DNA from: an uncultured delta proteobacterium
GTDB taxonomy: Bacteria; Desulfobacterota; Binatia; HRBIN30; BPIQ01
NCBI GenBank assembly: GCA_963761335.1
Contig: CAVXGR010000011.1
Location: 1 to 64,000, forward strand
DNA: 64,000 nucleotides
Reading direction: 5' to 3'
Made by a program: the position numbers and the translations under genes. Below the pieces are notes generated by a model, which saw only the letters and a program-made list of their open reading frames with translations, did not search any database and was not told the origin of the DNA. Positions 10,155 to 19,536 of this stretch are shown piece after piece. The number at the start of each line of letters is the position of its first letter. Positions within the stretch are counted from its first letter, which is position 1.

Positions 10155-10280
10155 TTGGCTGTACTCGGCGGGGTGCCGAATCCGCCGGCGTGCATCGCTT
10201 CCGTGGCCCGCGTGCTGCGCCCGGGTGGCTTGCTCTCGGTCGTCACCGAGCTTCCCGGCGACCTCGACGTGCTGGCAGCG
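10155..10280 (+). pseudogene. Fragment of a SAM methyltransferase C-terminal part
   Basis: VLGGVPNPPACIASVARVLRPGGLLSVVTELPGD resembles the 'RVLKPGG' region; no SAM-binding motif I. Confidence 0.4.
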
Positions 10281-10420
10281 CCATACGTACTTCCGTTCAC
10301 GTCTCTCCGGACACTCGTCCCACTCCCAGAGGGTCTGGAGCGTTGAACGAAGGGGGGCGCGGACTCACTGGAGCAGGCGGCGGCTCTGCCCCGCATTGCG
10401 CCTGCCGTCAACCTCCCCGT

Positions 10421-10484
10421 GGAGGAGTGAGGTTCCTCCGATTCTCCCGGAATTCAGGGATGGATCAGCGAAGTCGCCAGTACG
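10421..10484 (-). mobile_element. End of IS481-like element (family B), 64-bp remnant
   Basis: 57/64 identical by eye to 15190-15253, which precedes a transposase N-terminus. Confidence 0.6.
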
Positions 10485-10527
10485 GGCGGCCTTCGCCCTT
10501 GCTGCGGGTAGGTCCGGTGGGGCCTCG

Positions 10528-11010
10528 TCAGCCGCGTCGTGCCTTTTCGATGGCCGCGACGTCGATCTTCTTCATCGGCATCATCGCCTCGAAGGCCCGC
10601 TTGGCCTCCGCGCCACCGGCCGCGAGCGCGTCGGTAAGCGAGCGCGGGGTGATCTGCCAGGAGAGCCCCCAGCGGTCTTTGCACCAGCCGCATGCGCTCT
10701 CCTCGCCCCCGTTGCTCACGATCGCGTTCCAGTAGCGGTCCGTCTCCTCCTGATTATCCGTCGCGATCTGGAAGGAAAAGGCCTCGCTGTGCTTGAACCG
10801 TGGGCCGCCGTTGAGGCCGAGGCAGGGGATGCCGCAAACCGTGAACTCCACCGTGAGGACCTGCCCCGCGTCGCCCCCTGGAAAGTCACTCGGCGCCTTG
10901 TGAACGGCCGTCACCTCGCTATCCGGAAAGGTGGCCGCGTAGAAGCGCGCCGCCTCCTCCGCGTCTTTGTCGAACCACAGACAGATGGTGTTCTTGCGCT
11001 GCATGCTCAT
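10528..11010 (-). CDS. VOC family protein (PhnB / 3-demethylubiquinone-9 3-methyltransferase-like)
   Basis: CLWFDKDAEEAARFY, LNGGP, CGWCKDRWGLSWQI, MKKIDVA. Confidence 0.9.
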   Translation of the reverse strand: MSMQRKNTICLWFDKDAEEAARFYAATFPDSEVTAVHKAPSDFPGGDAGQVLTVEFTVCGIPCLGLNGGPRFKHSEAFSFQIATDNQEETDRYWNAIVSNGGEESACGWCKDRWGLSWQITPRSLTDALAAGGAEAKRAFEAMMPMKKIDVAAIEKARRG

Positions 11011-11334
11011 CTGCTTCTTGTACCGGGAATGGTCGGACCGCTCAACGTCGGACCCCCAGTCTCAAGTAGCGGATCCTCCAACAGCGCTTTGAGGCCGGGG
11101 CGAAGTATCTGCTTGCGCGCGGCTACCGTTGAAGCGACGTCTCCTTCGGCGACGGGAGTGTGTTGACCAACAACAGTGAGACCTTTCTCAGTGGCGCTCG
11201 TGCAGCGCGAAACGGCTCGTAATCAAATCGTTGGTCGATTGGCAGGCTGCTCATTGAGCCGCAGATTCCGGCAACCGCAGTAGATCGTTGCGGCGCCTCT
11301 GGCGCCTTCTCGGGGGGCCTAGGTACCAGGAAGC

Positions 11335-12264
11335 ATGCTAGCGGGCGTGCCGCTGCGCGGATGGGTGGAGCGGACCATCCGAAATCCGGAGGTGCGCGAG
11401 TTGGTCTTCGCCCTGGTGCGCTTGAGCAACTACGCGAACGATCCCGAGCGGCAGTGCGCCGGGGCGGCGATCGGTCAGCTGCAGGTCGCGTTGCGCGACA
11501 ACGTCCTCTATCTCGACGGTGGCTGGCAGAGCCTGGTCGACGAACTGCGGGATGCGGCGCTGTCGTTCGGGGTGCGCGTCATTGCCGGATGCAAGGTGGT
11601 TGCAGTCGATCGCGATGCGGGGGGGAGCGGCGTGCGCTTGGCGGACGGCACGCGCGCGCACTGCTCGACGGTGGTCGTGGCGGCCGACCCAGCGGCGGCG
11701 AGCGCGCTGGTCGGCGAGCAGAGCGCGTGCTTGCGCCGAGTGCAGGAGACGGCGCTGCCGGTGCGTGTCGCCTGCCTTGACGTCGGCCTCACGCACCTGC
11801 CGCGCCCGAAGGCCTTGTTCGCTCTCGGCATCGACCGCCCACTCTATTTCTCCGTCCACTCGGCCTATGCCAAGCTGGCGCCGCAAGGGGCTGCGGCGAT
11901 GCATGTGGCCAAGTACCTGCCGCCGGATTCGAAGCCCGACGCAGCGGCGGACCAGCGCGAGCTCGAGGATCTGCTCGATCTCGTGCAGCCGGGTTGGCGC
12001 GCGGCCGTCGCCGAGCGGCGTTTTCTGCCCAATATGACCGTCGCCCATGCACTGGTCACCGCCGCGGGCGGTGGGTTGAGCCGACGCCCGGCGCCGCGCG
12101 TGCTCGACCTCGACGGTCTGTACGTCGTCGGTGATTGGGTCGGCGCCGAGGGGATGCTGGCGGACGCCGCCCTCGCCAGCGCGCGCGCGGCGGCGCGCGA
12201 TATCGGCGCACCGAGAGCACCGGAATCGCCACGTCGCGCGGAGCAACGGGTCGCGCCGTTTTGA
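11335..12264 (+). pseudogene. FAD-dependent oxidoreductase (phytoene dehydrogenase-like), N-terminally truncated
   Basis: Has YLDGGWQSLV, GIDRPLYFSVHS and VVGDWVGAEGMLADAA, but lacks the N-terminal GxGxxG Rossmann motif; its last codons run into an IS21 fragment. Confidence 0.65.
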
Positions 12265-12470
12265 GACGAGCGACGCGCCGTTTCACGGCGGAGAGGCTGC
12301 CGGCGAACTCGGTGTGCTCGAGCCGGAGACAGTCATAGATCGCCTGCGGCTGGGCGTCGCGGTTCACCATCGCCTCGATCTCCTCCGACCACTGTCCGGC
12401 CACACTGACCACACCCGGTTCCGCCGAGGCTCGTTGGCTGTCTTCGGCGGAGTGCCGCGTGCATTGCCTC
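12218..12470 (-). mobile_element. IS21-family IstA transposase fragment
   Basis: SVAGQWSEEIEAMVNRDAQPQAIYDCLRLEHTEFAGSLSAVKRRVARLK..DVAIPV matches the IstA segment before the DDE core; no core and no istB. Confidence 0.7.
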
Positions 12471-12587
12471 GCTGGAGCCAGTGCGGCCGGCCAGGCTGGG
12501 CCTGATGGCGCTGTCTTGTGCTGTACGACGAGCCGTGGTAGCGGCCACGCACTCCCGAGACTTTCTCGAGACAACGGAGGCAGGGAC

Positions 12588-14252
12588 ATGCTCAGATCGA
12601 TTCGCGGGCTGCGGTGCGCCGGCGTCTTCCTACTGGTGTCGGTGTTGGTCGGCGCCGGCGCGGCGAACGGTCAAACCACGTCTTTCACCTATCAAGGGCA
12701 ATTGAGCGACGCCGGGAGCCTGGCGAACAGCAGCTACGACCTGCGCTTCGCGCTCTTCGACAGCATGGCGGGCGGGGCACAGATCGGCGCCAACCAGACC
12801 GTATCGGCTGTCCCTGTCACCAACGGCGTCTTCACGGTGCAACTCGACTTCGGCGTCAACGCCTTCCCGGGCGCCAATCGGTTCGTCGAGGTGGGCGTTC
12901 GGCCGGCGGGCGCCGGCAGCTTCACGACACTCGCGCCACGCCAGCAGATCAGCTCGTCCCCCTACTCGATTCGGACGCTCAGCGCCGGGACCGCCGATGC
13001 GCTGTCGAGCGCCTGCGTGGGTTGCGTGACCAACGCCCAGATTCAAACCGTCGCCGGGAGTAAAGTGAGCGGCACCATCCCGGCGGCGAGCGTGCCGACC
13101 GGGAGCGGCAACTACATTCAAAATACCACCGCCCTACAGGCGGGCTCGAACTTCAACATCTCGGGCAAGGGCACCGTTGCCGGCGTGCTGTCGGCCGGCA
13201 GTGTGGGCGTCGGCACGGCGAGTCCGACTGCCGGAGTCCTGTTGGAGGTGAACGGGACCACCAAGCTGACACCCGGCGGCAGTGGCGGGTTCATCCAATT
13301 CGGTACGCCCGGCGGTGGAACCGGGCTGGCGATCATTGGCAGCAACCGGGCCGATATGAGATTCGACGGCGGAACGCTGCAGCTGGTCGCGGGGCTGGGT
13401 CCGGGGTCGGCGCCTTCGACAAATGGAGTCGCGGTTACCACCGCCGGCACCGTCGGCATTGGTACGACCAGTCCGAGCACGGGGCAGCTGCACGTCCAGA
13501 GCAACAATGTGGGGCTGCCCGCCATTTACGCCGAGAGCGCCAACCGCGGCGTGTGGGGAAAGAGTACCGGCAGCAGTCGCGGGGTTTACGGCGAGAGCGT
13601 CAGCGGCGAGGGGGTATTCGGCATCAGCACCTCCGGTATCGGCGTCTCCGGCACGAGCGCCTCGGCGAACCTCGCGAGCCCCGGCGTGCAGGGACGTTCG
13701 ACGGCCAACGGCGGCGTCGGCGTCCGCGGCGACGCCACCACAGGCGTCTATGGCATGTCGACGAGCAACAGCGGCGTTGGCGTGTACGGCGAGGCAACGA
13801 TGGGCAATGCCGTCTACGGCCGCAGTCACCAGGCCGATTTTGCGGCCGTCGCCGCGCAAAATGATCAGGGGGGCTACGCCATGTACGCCGCCGGCAGCGC
13901 CGGTCAAGCGCGCGGCTCCGGCGGCTGGGTCAAGGCGATGGCTCTGATCAACCGGGACGGCGGCGTTGTTCGCTGCTACAATTCCCAGCTCGCGGGTAGC
14001 GCAGCATCGACAGTTCCATGTGGAATTACCGCCCACCTTACTGGTAGCGCCGGTGCGTATACTGTCACCTTCAACTTCCAAATCGACGACCGATTCGTTT
14101 TGCTTACCGCTTCCAAGGATACGGATTTCATGGTCGCCAACATCGGAACCACTTTAGGGAATACGGTCTATGTCCACACTGCGTTGAACAGCGAAACCAA
14201 CGGAATAGTACAAAACAGCTCGCCAGCACAGTTCACGATCTTCATCTTCTGA
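12588..14252 (+). CDS. Secreted tail-fibre-like protein A (FTYQG base domain, VGIGT repeats, GVYG repeats, C-terminal tip)
   Basis: GGAGG RBS and signal peptide; TSFTYQGQL..YDLRFALFD..GVFTVQLDFG..LAPRQ..PY; VGVGT/VGIGT motifs; tandem GV(Y/W/F)G.S repeats; paralogous to 30827-32359. Confidence 0.75.
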   Translation: MLRSIRGLRCAGVFLLVSVLVGAGAANGQTTSFTYQGQLSDAGSLANSSYDLRFALFDSMAGGAQIGANQTVSAVPVTNGVFTVQLDFGVNAFPGANRFVEVGVRPAGAGSFTTLAPRQQISSSPYSIRTLSAGTADALSSACVGCVTNAQIQTVAGSKVSGTIPAASVPTGSGNYIQNTTALQAGSNFNISGKGTVAGVLSAGSVGVGTASPTAGVLLEVNGTTKLTPGGSGGFIQFGTPGGGTGLAIIGSNRADMRFDGGTLQLVAGLGPGSAPSTNGVAVTTAGTVGIGTTSPSTGQLHVQSNNVGLPAIYAESANRGVWGKSTGSSRGVYGESVSGEGVFGISTSGIGVSGTSASANLASPGVQGRSTANGGVGVRGDATTGVYGMSTSNSGVGVYGEATMGNAVYGRSHQADFAAVAAQNDQGGYAMYAAGSAGQARGSGGWVKAMALINRDGGVVRCYNSQLAGSAASTVPCGITAHLTGSAGAYTVTFNFQIDDRFVLLTASKDTDFMVANIGTTLGNTVYVHTALNSETNGIVQNSSPAQFTIFIF

Positions 14253-14938
14253 TGCGCTGCCTCAATGGAGGGCGAGGGTTGACAACGGCAGCCCGCATCG
14301 CCGCGGCGCTGTCGATCGTGGCTCTGTACGCGTCTGCGTCGTTCGCCCAGGCTGGTGGTGACTATGTGCTTCGCAACACGATCGACGGTGGCGCAGGCTC
14401 CGCGTCGGGCGGCACCTACCAGGTCGATCTCACCATCGCTCAGCCCGCCGCTGGTGGCGCGAGGGGTGACCCCTATTTCCTCGGCAGCGGCTTCTGGGGC
14501 GGCAGCGGCGGAGTGGCCGCGTCCTCGCCCACGGTGACCGTGGCGCTGTCGACTCGCACAGCGACCGCGCCGCCATCGCCGACTCAGACCGCGACGGCAG
14601 CCTCGACCGCGCCCGGTGCGACGCCGAGCCCCACGGCACCCGCCGCCACCCGCACGCCGAGCAGCAGCCCCACCGCCTCGCCGGGCGCGTCCGTCACCCC
14701 CACGGCAAGGTTCACCACGACCGCGCCACCAACGCCCACACCGACACCGACCACGGGCCCCTTGCGCGGAGATGCCAGCTGTGACGGACGAGTCGGCGCG
14801 GCGGACCTACCGGCGCTCATCGGCAGTCTGGGCACCGGTGAGCGAGCGGCCTGCGGCCTCGATGACGTCAATCAGGACATGCACGTCGACAATGCCGACG
14901 TCGAGGCTCTCGTCGCGGCGATCTTTGACGAACCGTGA
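14252..14938 (+). CDS. Secreted partner A: TIDGG..GFW domain, Pro/Thr linker, dockerin-like C-terminus
   Basis: TGATG coupling to the upstream gene; signal peptide ending SFA-Q; GGDYVLRNTIDGGAG..LGSGFW; PT-rich linker; GDASCDGRVGAADL..DDVNQDMHVDNADV. Confidence 0.8.
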   Translation: MRCLNGGRGLTTAARIAAALSIVALYASASFAQAGGDYVLRNTIDGGAGSASGGTYQVDLTIAQPAAGGARGDPYFLGSGFWGGSGGVAASSPTVTVALSTRTATAPPSPTQTATAASTAPGATPSPTAPAATRTPSSSPTASPGASVTPTARFTTTAPPTPTPTPTTGPLRGDASCDGRVGAADLPALIGSLGTGERAACGLDDVNQDMHVDNADVEALVAAIFDEP

Positions 14939-14984
14939 GCCGAGTGCCGGCTTGCCGCGGATCGGCAACCATTGCTCATTCTCG

Positions 14985-15253
14985 CAACGGCGCAGCCGCG
15001 GACGCCGGACTTGGCGACAGGCGACCTCGAGCTGCTTGCGCAGCAGAGCATTCTCCCAGCGCAGAGCCGCGGGAGAGCGAAGGCGATCGAGGACGAGTCC
15101 CACGACGGGGCGACTCTCGGGGCGTGTCCATCGCCGCAGCCGGGCATGGAGGGTGTGGAGTGCTATGCCACCCGGAAGCGACCAATTTCGGAGGAGTGAG
15201 ATTCCTCCGATTCTCCCGGTATTCAGGCGCGGATCAGTGAAGTAGCCAGTACG
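14985..15253 (-). mobile_element. IS481-like family B left end with truncated transposase N-terminus
   Basis: End CGTACTGGCTACTTCACTGATCC, followed by DRLRSPAALRWENALLRKQLEVACRQVRRPRLRR, typical of the 'ENxxLRxQL' N-terminus of integrase-core transposases. Confidence 0.65.
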
Positions 15254-15320
15254 CCATCCCGCTGGTACATTCGGTTCGGGGTTGCGCTTGTTTTGGTGTT
15301 TGCGCAATCTCTAGTGCGTC

Positions 15321-16673
15321 GTGAGCGAGCCGAAGATCACCCTGGTAGGCGCGGGCGGACTGTCGTTCGGCCCGACGATGGTCAACGATGTCATCCACAC
15401 GCGGGTGCTCGCCGGCAGTCGGCTGGTGCTACACGACATCTCCGAAGCTCGACTGCAGCGGGCCTACCGCTTCGCAGCGAAGCTCAACGCCGCGAACGGC
15501 AACCCGGTCGTCCTCGAACAATCCACCGATCCGGCCGAAGCGCTGAGCGGCGCCGACTTCGTCATCGCCAGTGCCGAGCACGGCCGGTTTCGCTACTGGC
15601 GCCAGGACTATCAGATCCCGCTTCGTTACGGCGCCACGCAGGTCAACGGTGAGAATGGCGGACCGGGTGCGGTCTTCCACTCGCTGCGCAGCATCAAAAA
15701 CACGCTGAGCATTTGCGCCAACATCGAGAAGCACTGCCCGGACGCCTTCCTCATCAATCTCTCGAATCCAATGAGCCGGGTGACGCTCGCCATCAACCAG
15801 GGCTCGAAAGTTCGCAATGTCGGCATGTGTCACGAGATGCCGATCGGTATCGTTCGACTCGGCCGGTTGCTGCGAATTCCACCGTCACGGATCGCAGCGA
15901 AGGCCTCAGGCATCAACCATTTCACGTTCTTCACGGAGATGATCGACCGAGAGACGGGAGAGGACCTGCTACCGCGGGTCAAGAGCCTGTTCCGCAGGAA
16001 GTTCTTCGATTTCGCTCCCCTGCTTACCCGGCTCGCGAGGGCGAGCGAGCCTCGGCCCGTGCTCGCCATGCTTGCCGATCAACTCTACTCGCCGCTGGTT
16101 GCGCACATGATCCGCGAGCACGACCTCGTGCCCTGCTCCGTCGACAGCCACATCGGTGAGTATCTGCCATTCGCGCGCGAGGTCGGCGGTCACCATCCGG
16201 CCCACGTCGATCAGTTCGCCCGTATCGATAAGGTCATCGAACGGCTGACCGTATGGGTGGCAAACACCAAGCTGCCGCTACCGCTGCAGCGTATGGGGCA
16301 CAGCCTCGAAGAGGTCGTGCCGATCATCGCTTCGATCTGGTCAGGCGAGCGGCGGCCGATTGTAGCGGTCAACGTGCCGAATCGCGGTTACCTGCCGAAC
16401 GTTGCCGCAGGTGCCATCGTCGAAGTAGGCGCCGAGGTCGACGGTGACGGTATCCATCCCGAGAAGATGCCGCCGATTGCGGAACCGATCGCCGGACACA
16501 TCGCCGTACAAATCCGCCTGCAGGACAAGATCGTCAGATCCGCTCTCACCGGCGACCCTCAGCCCGCCCTCGAGGCCCTGATCGAAGATCCCACGTCGCC
16601 GCGCGACGAGCCGGCGTGCGTCGCCATGTTCAACGAGCTACGCAAGTTGCAAGCAGAACAGTTGCCGTTCTGA
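15321..16673 (+). CDS. Glycoside hydrolase family 4 (NAD+-dependent alpha-galactosidase/glucosidase-like)
   Basis: KITLVGAGG, ENGGPGA..LR, INLSNPM, VGMCHE (conserved Cys), GINHF, VNVPNRG. Confidence 0.85.
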   Translation: MSEPKITLVGAGGLSFGPTMVNDVIHTRVLAGSRLVLHDISEARLQRAYRFAAKLNAANGNPVVLEQSTDPAEALSGADFVIASAEHGRFRYWRQDYQIPLRYGATQVNGENGGPGAVFHSLRSIKNTLSICANIEKHCPDAFLINLSNPMSRVTLAINQGSKVRNVGMCHEMPIGIVRLGRLLRIPPSRIAAKASGINHFTFFTEMIDRETGEDLLPRVKSLFRRKFFDFAPLLTRLARASEPRPVLAMLADQLYSPLVAHMIREHDLVPCSVDSHIGEYLPFAREVGGHHPAHVDQFARIDKVIERLTVWVANTKLPLPLQRMGHSLEEVVPIIASIWSGERRPIVAVNVPNRGYLPNVAAGAIVEVGAEVDGDGIHPEKMPPIAEPIAGHIAVQIRLQDKIVRSALTGDPQPALEALIEDPTSPRDEPACVAMFNELRKLQAEQLPF

Positions 16674-16689
16674 GCGTGCTCACAACGTC

Positions 16690-17103
16690 AGGGACGATTT
16701 GGGCCGTTCGCGGCCTGGCACTCTCTCGACAGGCGCTCGTTCTTGACAATCTCGCCCTGCGGCAACAGCTCACCGCCGTCCGCTTCGGACCAGCTTCCGC
16801 AGCCCCTGGCAGAACGGCGTCGCGGAGCGCTGGATCGGAAGCTGCCGGCGCGAACTGCTCGATCACGTGGTCGTTCTGAACGAGGAGCACCTTCGGCGGT
16901 CGCTGCGCGAGTTCCTCGACTACTACCACGACGACCACACGCATCTCACGCTCGGCAAGGATCCGCCCGCCGGACGACCCGCATGCCCGCGGCCCTCGCC
17001 CATCGCCAAGGTCACCTCAATGCCCCGCATCGGTGGCCTTCGTCACCGATACGAGTGGGAAGAAGCGGCCCGAGCGCGGCGGATGCAGTTTTGACGAGGC
17101 ACA
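16690..17103 (+). mobile_element. Internally deleted IS481-like element (family A) with right TIR
   Basis: N-terminal ALSRQALVLDNLALRQQL is joined out of frame to SPWQNGVAERWIGSCRRELLDHVVVLNEEHLRR..GGLRHRYEW; it ends GCGGATGCAGTTTTGACGAGGCACA. Confidence 0.8.
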
Positions 17104-17190
17104 ACAAGACCGCAGGATCCGCCGCCGAGTTGCAAGGGGAAATCGCGCGCGCCACCGGCCTCGTGGTATAGGGTCGCGTCTCGTGGTCAC

Positions 17191-17832
17191 ATGAGAAAGT
17201 CGTCCCTGCTCATCCTCGCCGTTGTCGTGGCGCTGCTCGTGATCGCGTGGCGCGCCGGTGTGCTGGCGGTCTTCACCCAGCCCGAGAGGATCCAGGTGAT
17301 GATCGCGCAGGCCGGGCTGTGGGCGCCCTTTCTCTTCTTCGCCCTGGCGATGGGCATGTTTGCCGCCTTCATGCTGGCGCCGTTGGTGTGGGCGGCCACC
17401 TCGGTTTGGTCGTTGCCGGTCGCATTTTCGTATTCATTTGCCGCAACCGTGCTGGCCAGCGTGATCACCTACGGCGCGGCGCGCTGGCTCGGCCAGGATT
17501 GGGCTCAGGATCGTGTGCCGGCCTCGATCCAGCGTTGGGAAGAACGCCTGCGCACGCATCCGTTCTCGACGATCTTTGCCCTGCGCATGCTGCTGTGGGC
17601 GAACCCGCTGATCGACCTGTTCGCTGCGGTGACGCGCATGCCGACGCGCACGTATCTGCTGGCGACCGTTGTTGGCCTGGTGCCGACCACCGCGTTTCAG
17701 ATCTTCCTGGGCGTCAGCGGCATCACCATCGCCGGTCGCCTGCCGTGGTGGGGATGGGGACTGGCGGCCGCGGTTGCACTGGTTGGCGGCGTTGGGGTGC
17801 GCAGGCTACGGATGCGCCGCGCGCTCGAGTGA
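17191..17832 (+). CDS. VTT/DedA-family (TVP38/TMEM64-like) membrane protein
   Basis: Hydrophobic throughout; ARWLGQDW, IFALRMLLW, YLLATVVGLVP. Confidence 0.8.
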   Translation: MRKSSLLILAVVVALLVIAWRAGVLAVFTQPERIQVMIAQAGLWAPFLFFALAMGMFAAFMLAPLVWAATSVWSLPVAFSYSFAATVLASVITYGAARWLGQDWAQDRVPASIQRWEERLRTHPFSTIFALRMLLWANPLIDLFAAVTRMPTRTYLLATVVGLVPTTAFQIFLGVSGITIAGRLPWWGWGLAAAVALVGGVGVRRLRMRRALE

Positions 17833-18082
17833 CGGCTGGGTTCGACGACGACGTCCGCATGCTCCACCAGCTGGAGAAACAGCACGCGCCCGCGCGCGCA
17901 GTGCGGTCCGTCGTGATCTGCCCGAGCTCGAGCACGAGGAGCCCGTGCAGCGGACGGGAGGATGCAGTCATGCCGATGCCTCTAGCAAGGACGCGCCGGC
18001 GCCGACAGCGCCGGCCCCCATTGAACGAACGCCGCCACTCACCGATACTCGGCCATTCGCAGACAGAGAGGGGGCCGCACCG

Positions 18083-18736
18083 ATGAAGCTCTACAACCAG
18101 AACGGCAGCCATTTCGCCTCGAAGTGCCGCCTAGTGATCTACGAGAAGGGCGCTCCGGTCGATATCGTGCCGATCCCGGGCGACGACCTGAAGTCGGCGG
18201 CGTATCTGAAGATCTATCCGTTGGGCAAGACGCCGGCACTGCAGACAAACGGGCAGATTATTGGCGAGTCGGAGGTGATCAACGAATACCTCGACGAGAA
18301 GTTCCCGACGCCGCGCCTGCTGCCGCCAGATGCGGAAGGACGTGCCCGCTCGCGTATGCTGGGCCGCTTCGCCGACCTGTACCTGGAGCCCGCGTTCCAC
18401 GTGCTGTTCCCCCAGGTCACGCTGAAAGAAAAGGATCAGCAGCTCATCACCACGCAATTTGCAGAAATCGCCGACCGCCTCGATCAGCTCGAAGGGATGC
18501 TGGGGTCCGGTTCGTACGCGTTGGGTAGCGACTTCACCTTGGCGGACTGTGCGCTGGCGCCGCTGATGCTCTACGCGCAGTTGACGCTCCAGCTCCTTGG
18601 TGGAAAACCGTTCAGCGACGACCGCCCGAAGCTGGCGGCGTGGTGGACGGCGGTGCAGCTGCGTCCGTCGGTGCAGAAGGTGCACGCTGAGATGATGCGG
18701 TGGGTGGCGGAGCTGCAAGCGAGAGCGCAGAGTTGA
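18083..18736 (+). CDS. Glutathione S-transferase family protein
   Basis: MKLY..SHF, PLGKTPAL, ESEVINEYLDE, FTLADCAL, RPSV. Confidence 0.9.
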   Translation: MKLYNQNGSHFASKCRLVIYEKGAPVDIVPIPGDDLKSAAYLKIYPLGKTPALQTNGQIIGESEVINEYLDEKFPTPRLLPPDAEGRARSRMLGRFADLYLEPAFHVLFPQVTLKEKDQQLITTQFAEIADRLDQLEGMLGSGSYALGSDFTLADCALAPLMLYAQLTLQLLGGKPFSDDRPKLAAWWTAVQLRPSVQKVHAEMMRWVAELQARAQS

Positions 18737-18757
18737 GCAGGATTCGCCGATTGACTC

Positions 18758-18897
18758 GGTAGTGGTGGATCTTGAGATCAACCGCGTTTCATTTCGAAAT
18801 CATCCTTGCCAGTCAAAATCCCCCACGACCCAACTTGGGCTGGGGGATCGCGCCGCGAAGCGGCGCAGGCATGTAGCCCCGGGTCGGAGACCCGGGG
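18758..18897 (+). repeat. Truncated copy of the MITE/REP element at 55275
   Basis: About 140 bp nearly identical to the start of 55275-55706 (GTAGTGGTGGATCTTGAGATCAACCGCG...GTAGCCCCGGGTCGGAGACCCGGGG). Confidence 0.85.
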
Positions 18898-18997
18898 TCG
18901 GCACCGGGTCGGCGTTTGGCGCCGACGTCGGCGTAGACGGCGAGCGCATCCGGATCGAGGGCGGCAAGCGCTACGCCGCCGGCTCTTCAACGCGCTG

Positions 18998-19528
18998 CTA
19001 GCTCGCAGGATAGCAGTACAGGGTGGTGTTCGAGGACAACCCCCGAAGAACCTTCACCTGGTCGCAGATGACATCCCGGAGGGTCTCCGGATCGGAGGCC
19101 TGGGCGATGGCGATGATGTCGGCCGGCCCCCACATGGCGCGCGCGAAGGCGATGCTCGCCAGGGCTCGCAGACGGGCGGCGACCACCCGTTCCTTTTCCT
19201 CGCGGTGGTCGACGCCGATCAGAAGAACCGCCACCTCGGGGAGTGCCGTCGCCGGCAGGGACAGATCCTCATCGCCCGGGATGACCTTGCACACACGGGC
19301 GTCCAGGTCACCGTCGCGGAAGCGCACGCGGAGGGACTCGATGTTCTCCGCAAGAGCGCGCGGCGAATCGGCCACCAGGTAGGCGACCACCTGATGAGGG
19401 CCGTACACGGGCGCAGTCCAGACGACACCCGCGGTGGCGCGCAGGTCACCGGATGCCTGATAGGCGCTCTCACGGGTTCGCAGCAGCAGAAACGCGGCGG
19501 GAGAAGGGGTGGCAGGTGCAATCGGCAT
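18998..19528 (-). CDS. Protein with two tandem Lrp/AsnC ligand-binding (RAM-like) domains, no HTH
   Basis: GAGGGG RBS; two G-P-x-x-(V/I)(V/I)A motifs (VYGPHQVVAY, MWGPADIIAIA) and a C-terminal 'VKVLRGLSSNTTL'. Confidence 0.6.
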   Translation of the reverse strand: MPIAPATPSPAAFLLLRTRESAYQASGDLRATAGVVWTAPVYGPHQVVAYLVADSPRALAENIESLRVRFRDGDLDARVCKVIPGDEDLSLPATALPEVAVLLIGVDHREEKERVVAARLRALASIAFARAMWGPADIIAIAQASDPETLRDVICDQVKVLRGLSSNTTLYCYPAS

Positions 19529-19536
19529 GGATCCCC

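Noticed and set aside
11040..11334. Lower-GC intergenic stretch as ncRNA or element end
   Set aside because: No second copy, ORF or recognisable RNA motif could be supported.
17829..18000. Possible gene stub overlapping the VTT stop (GTGA)
   Set aside because: No family could be recognised from the short translation.
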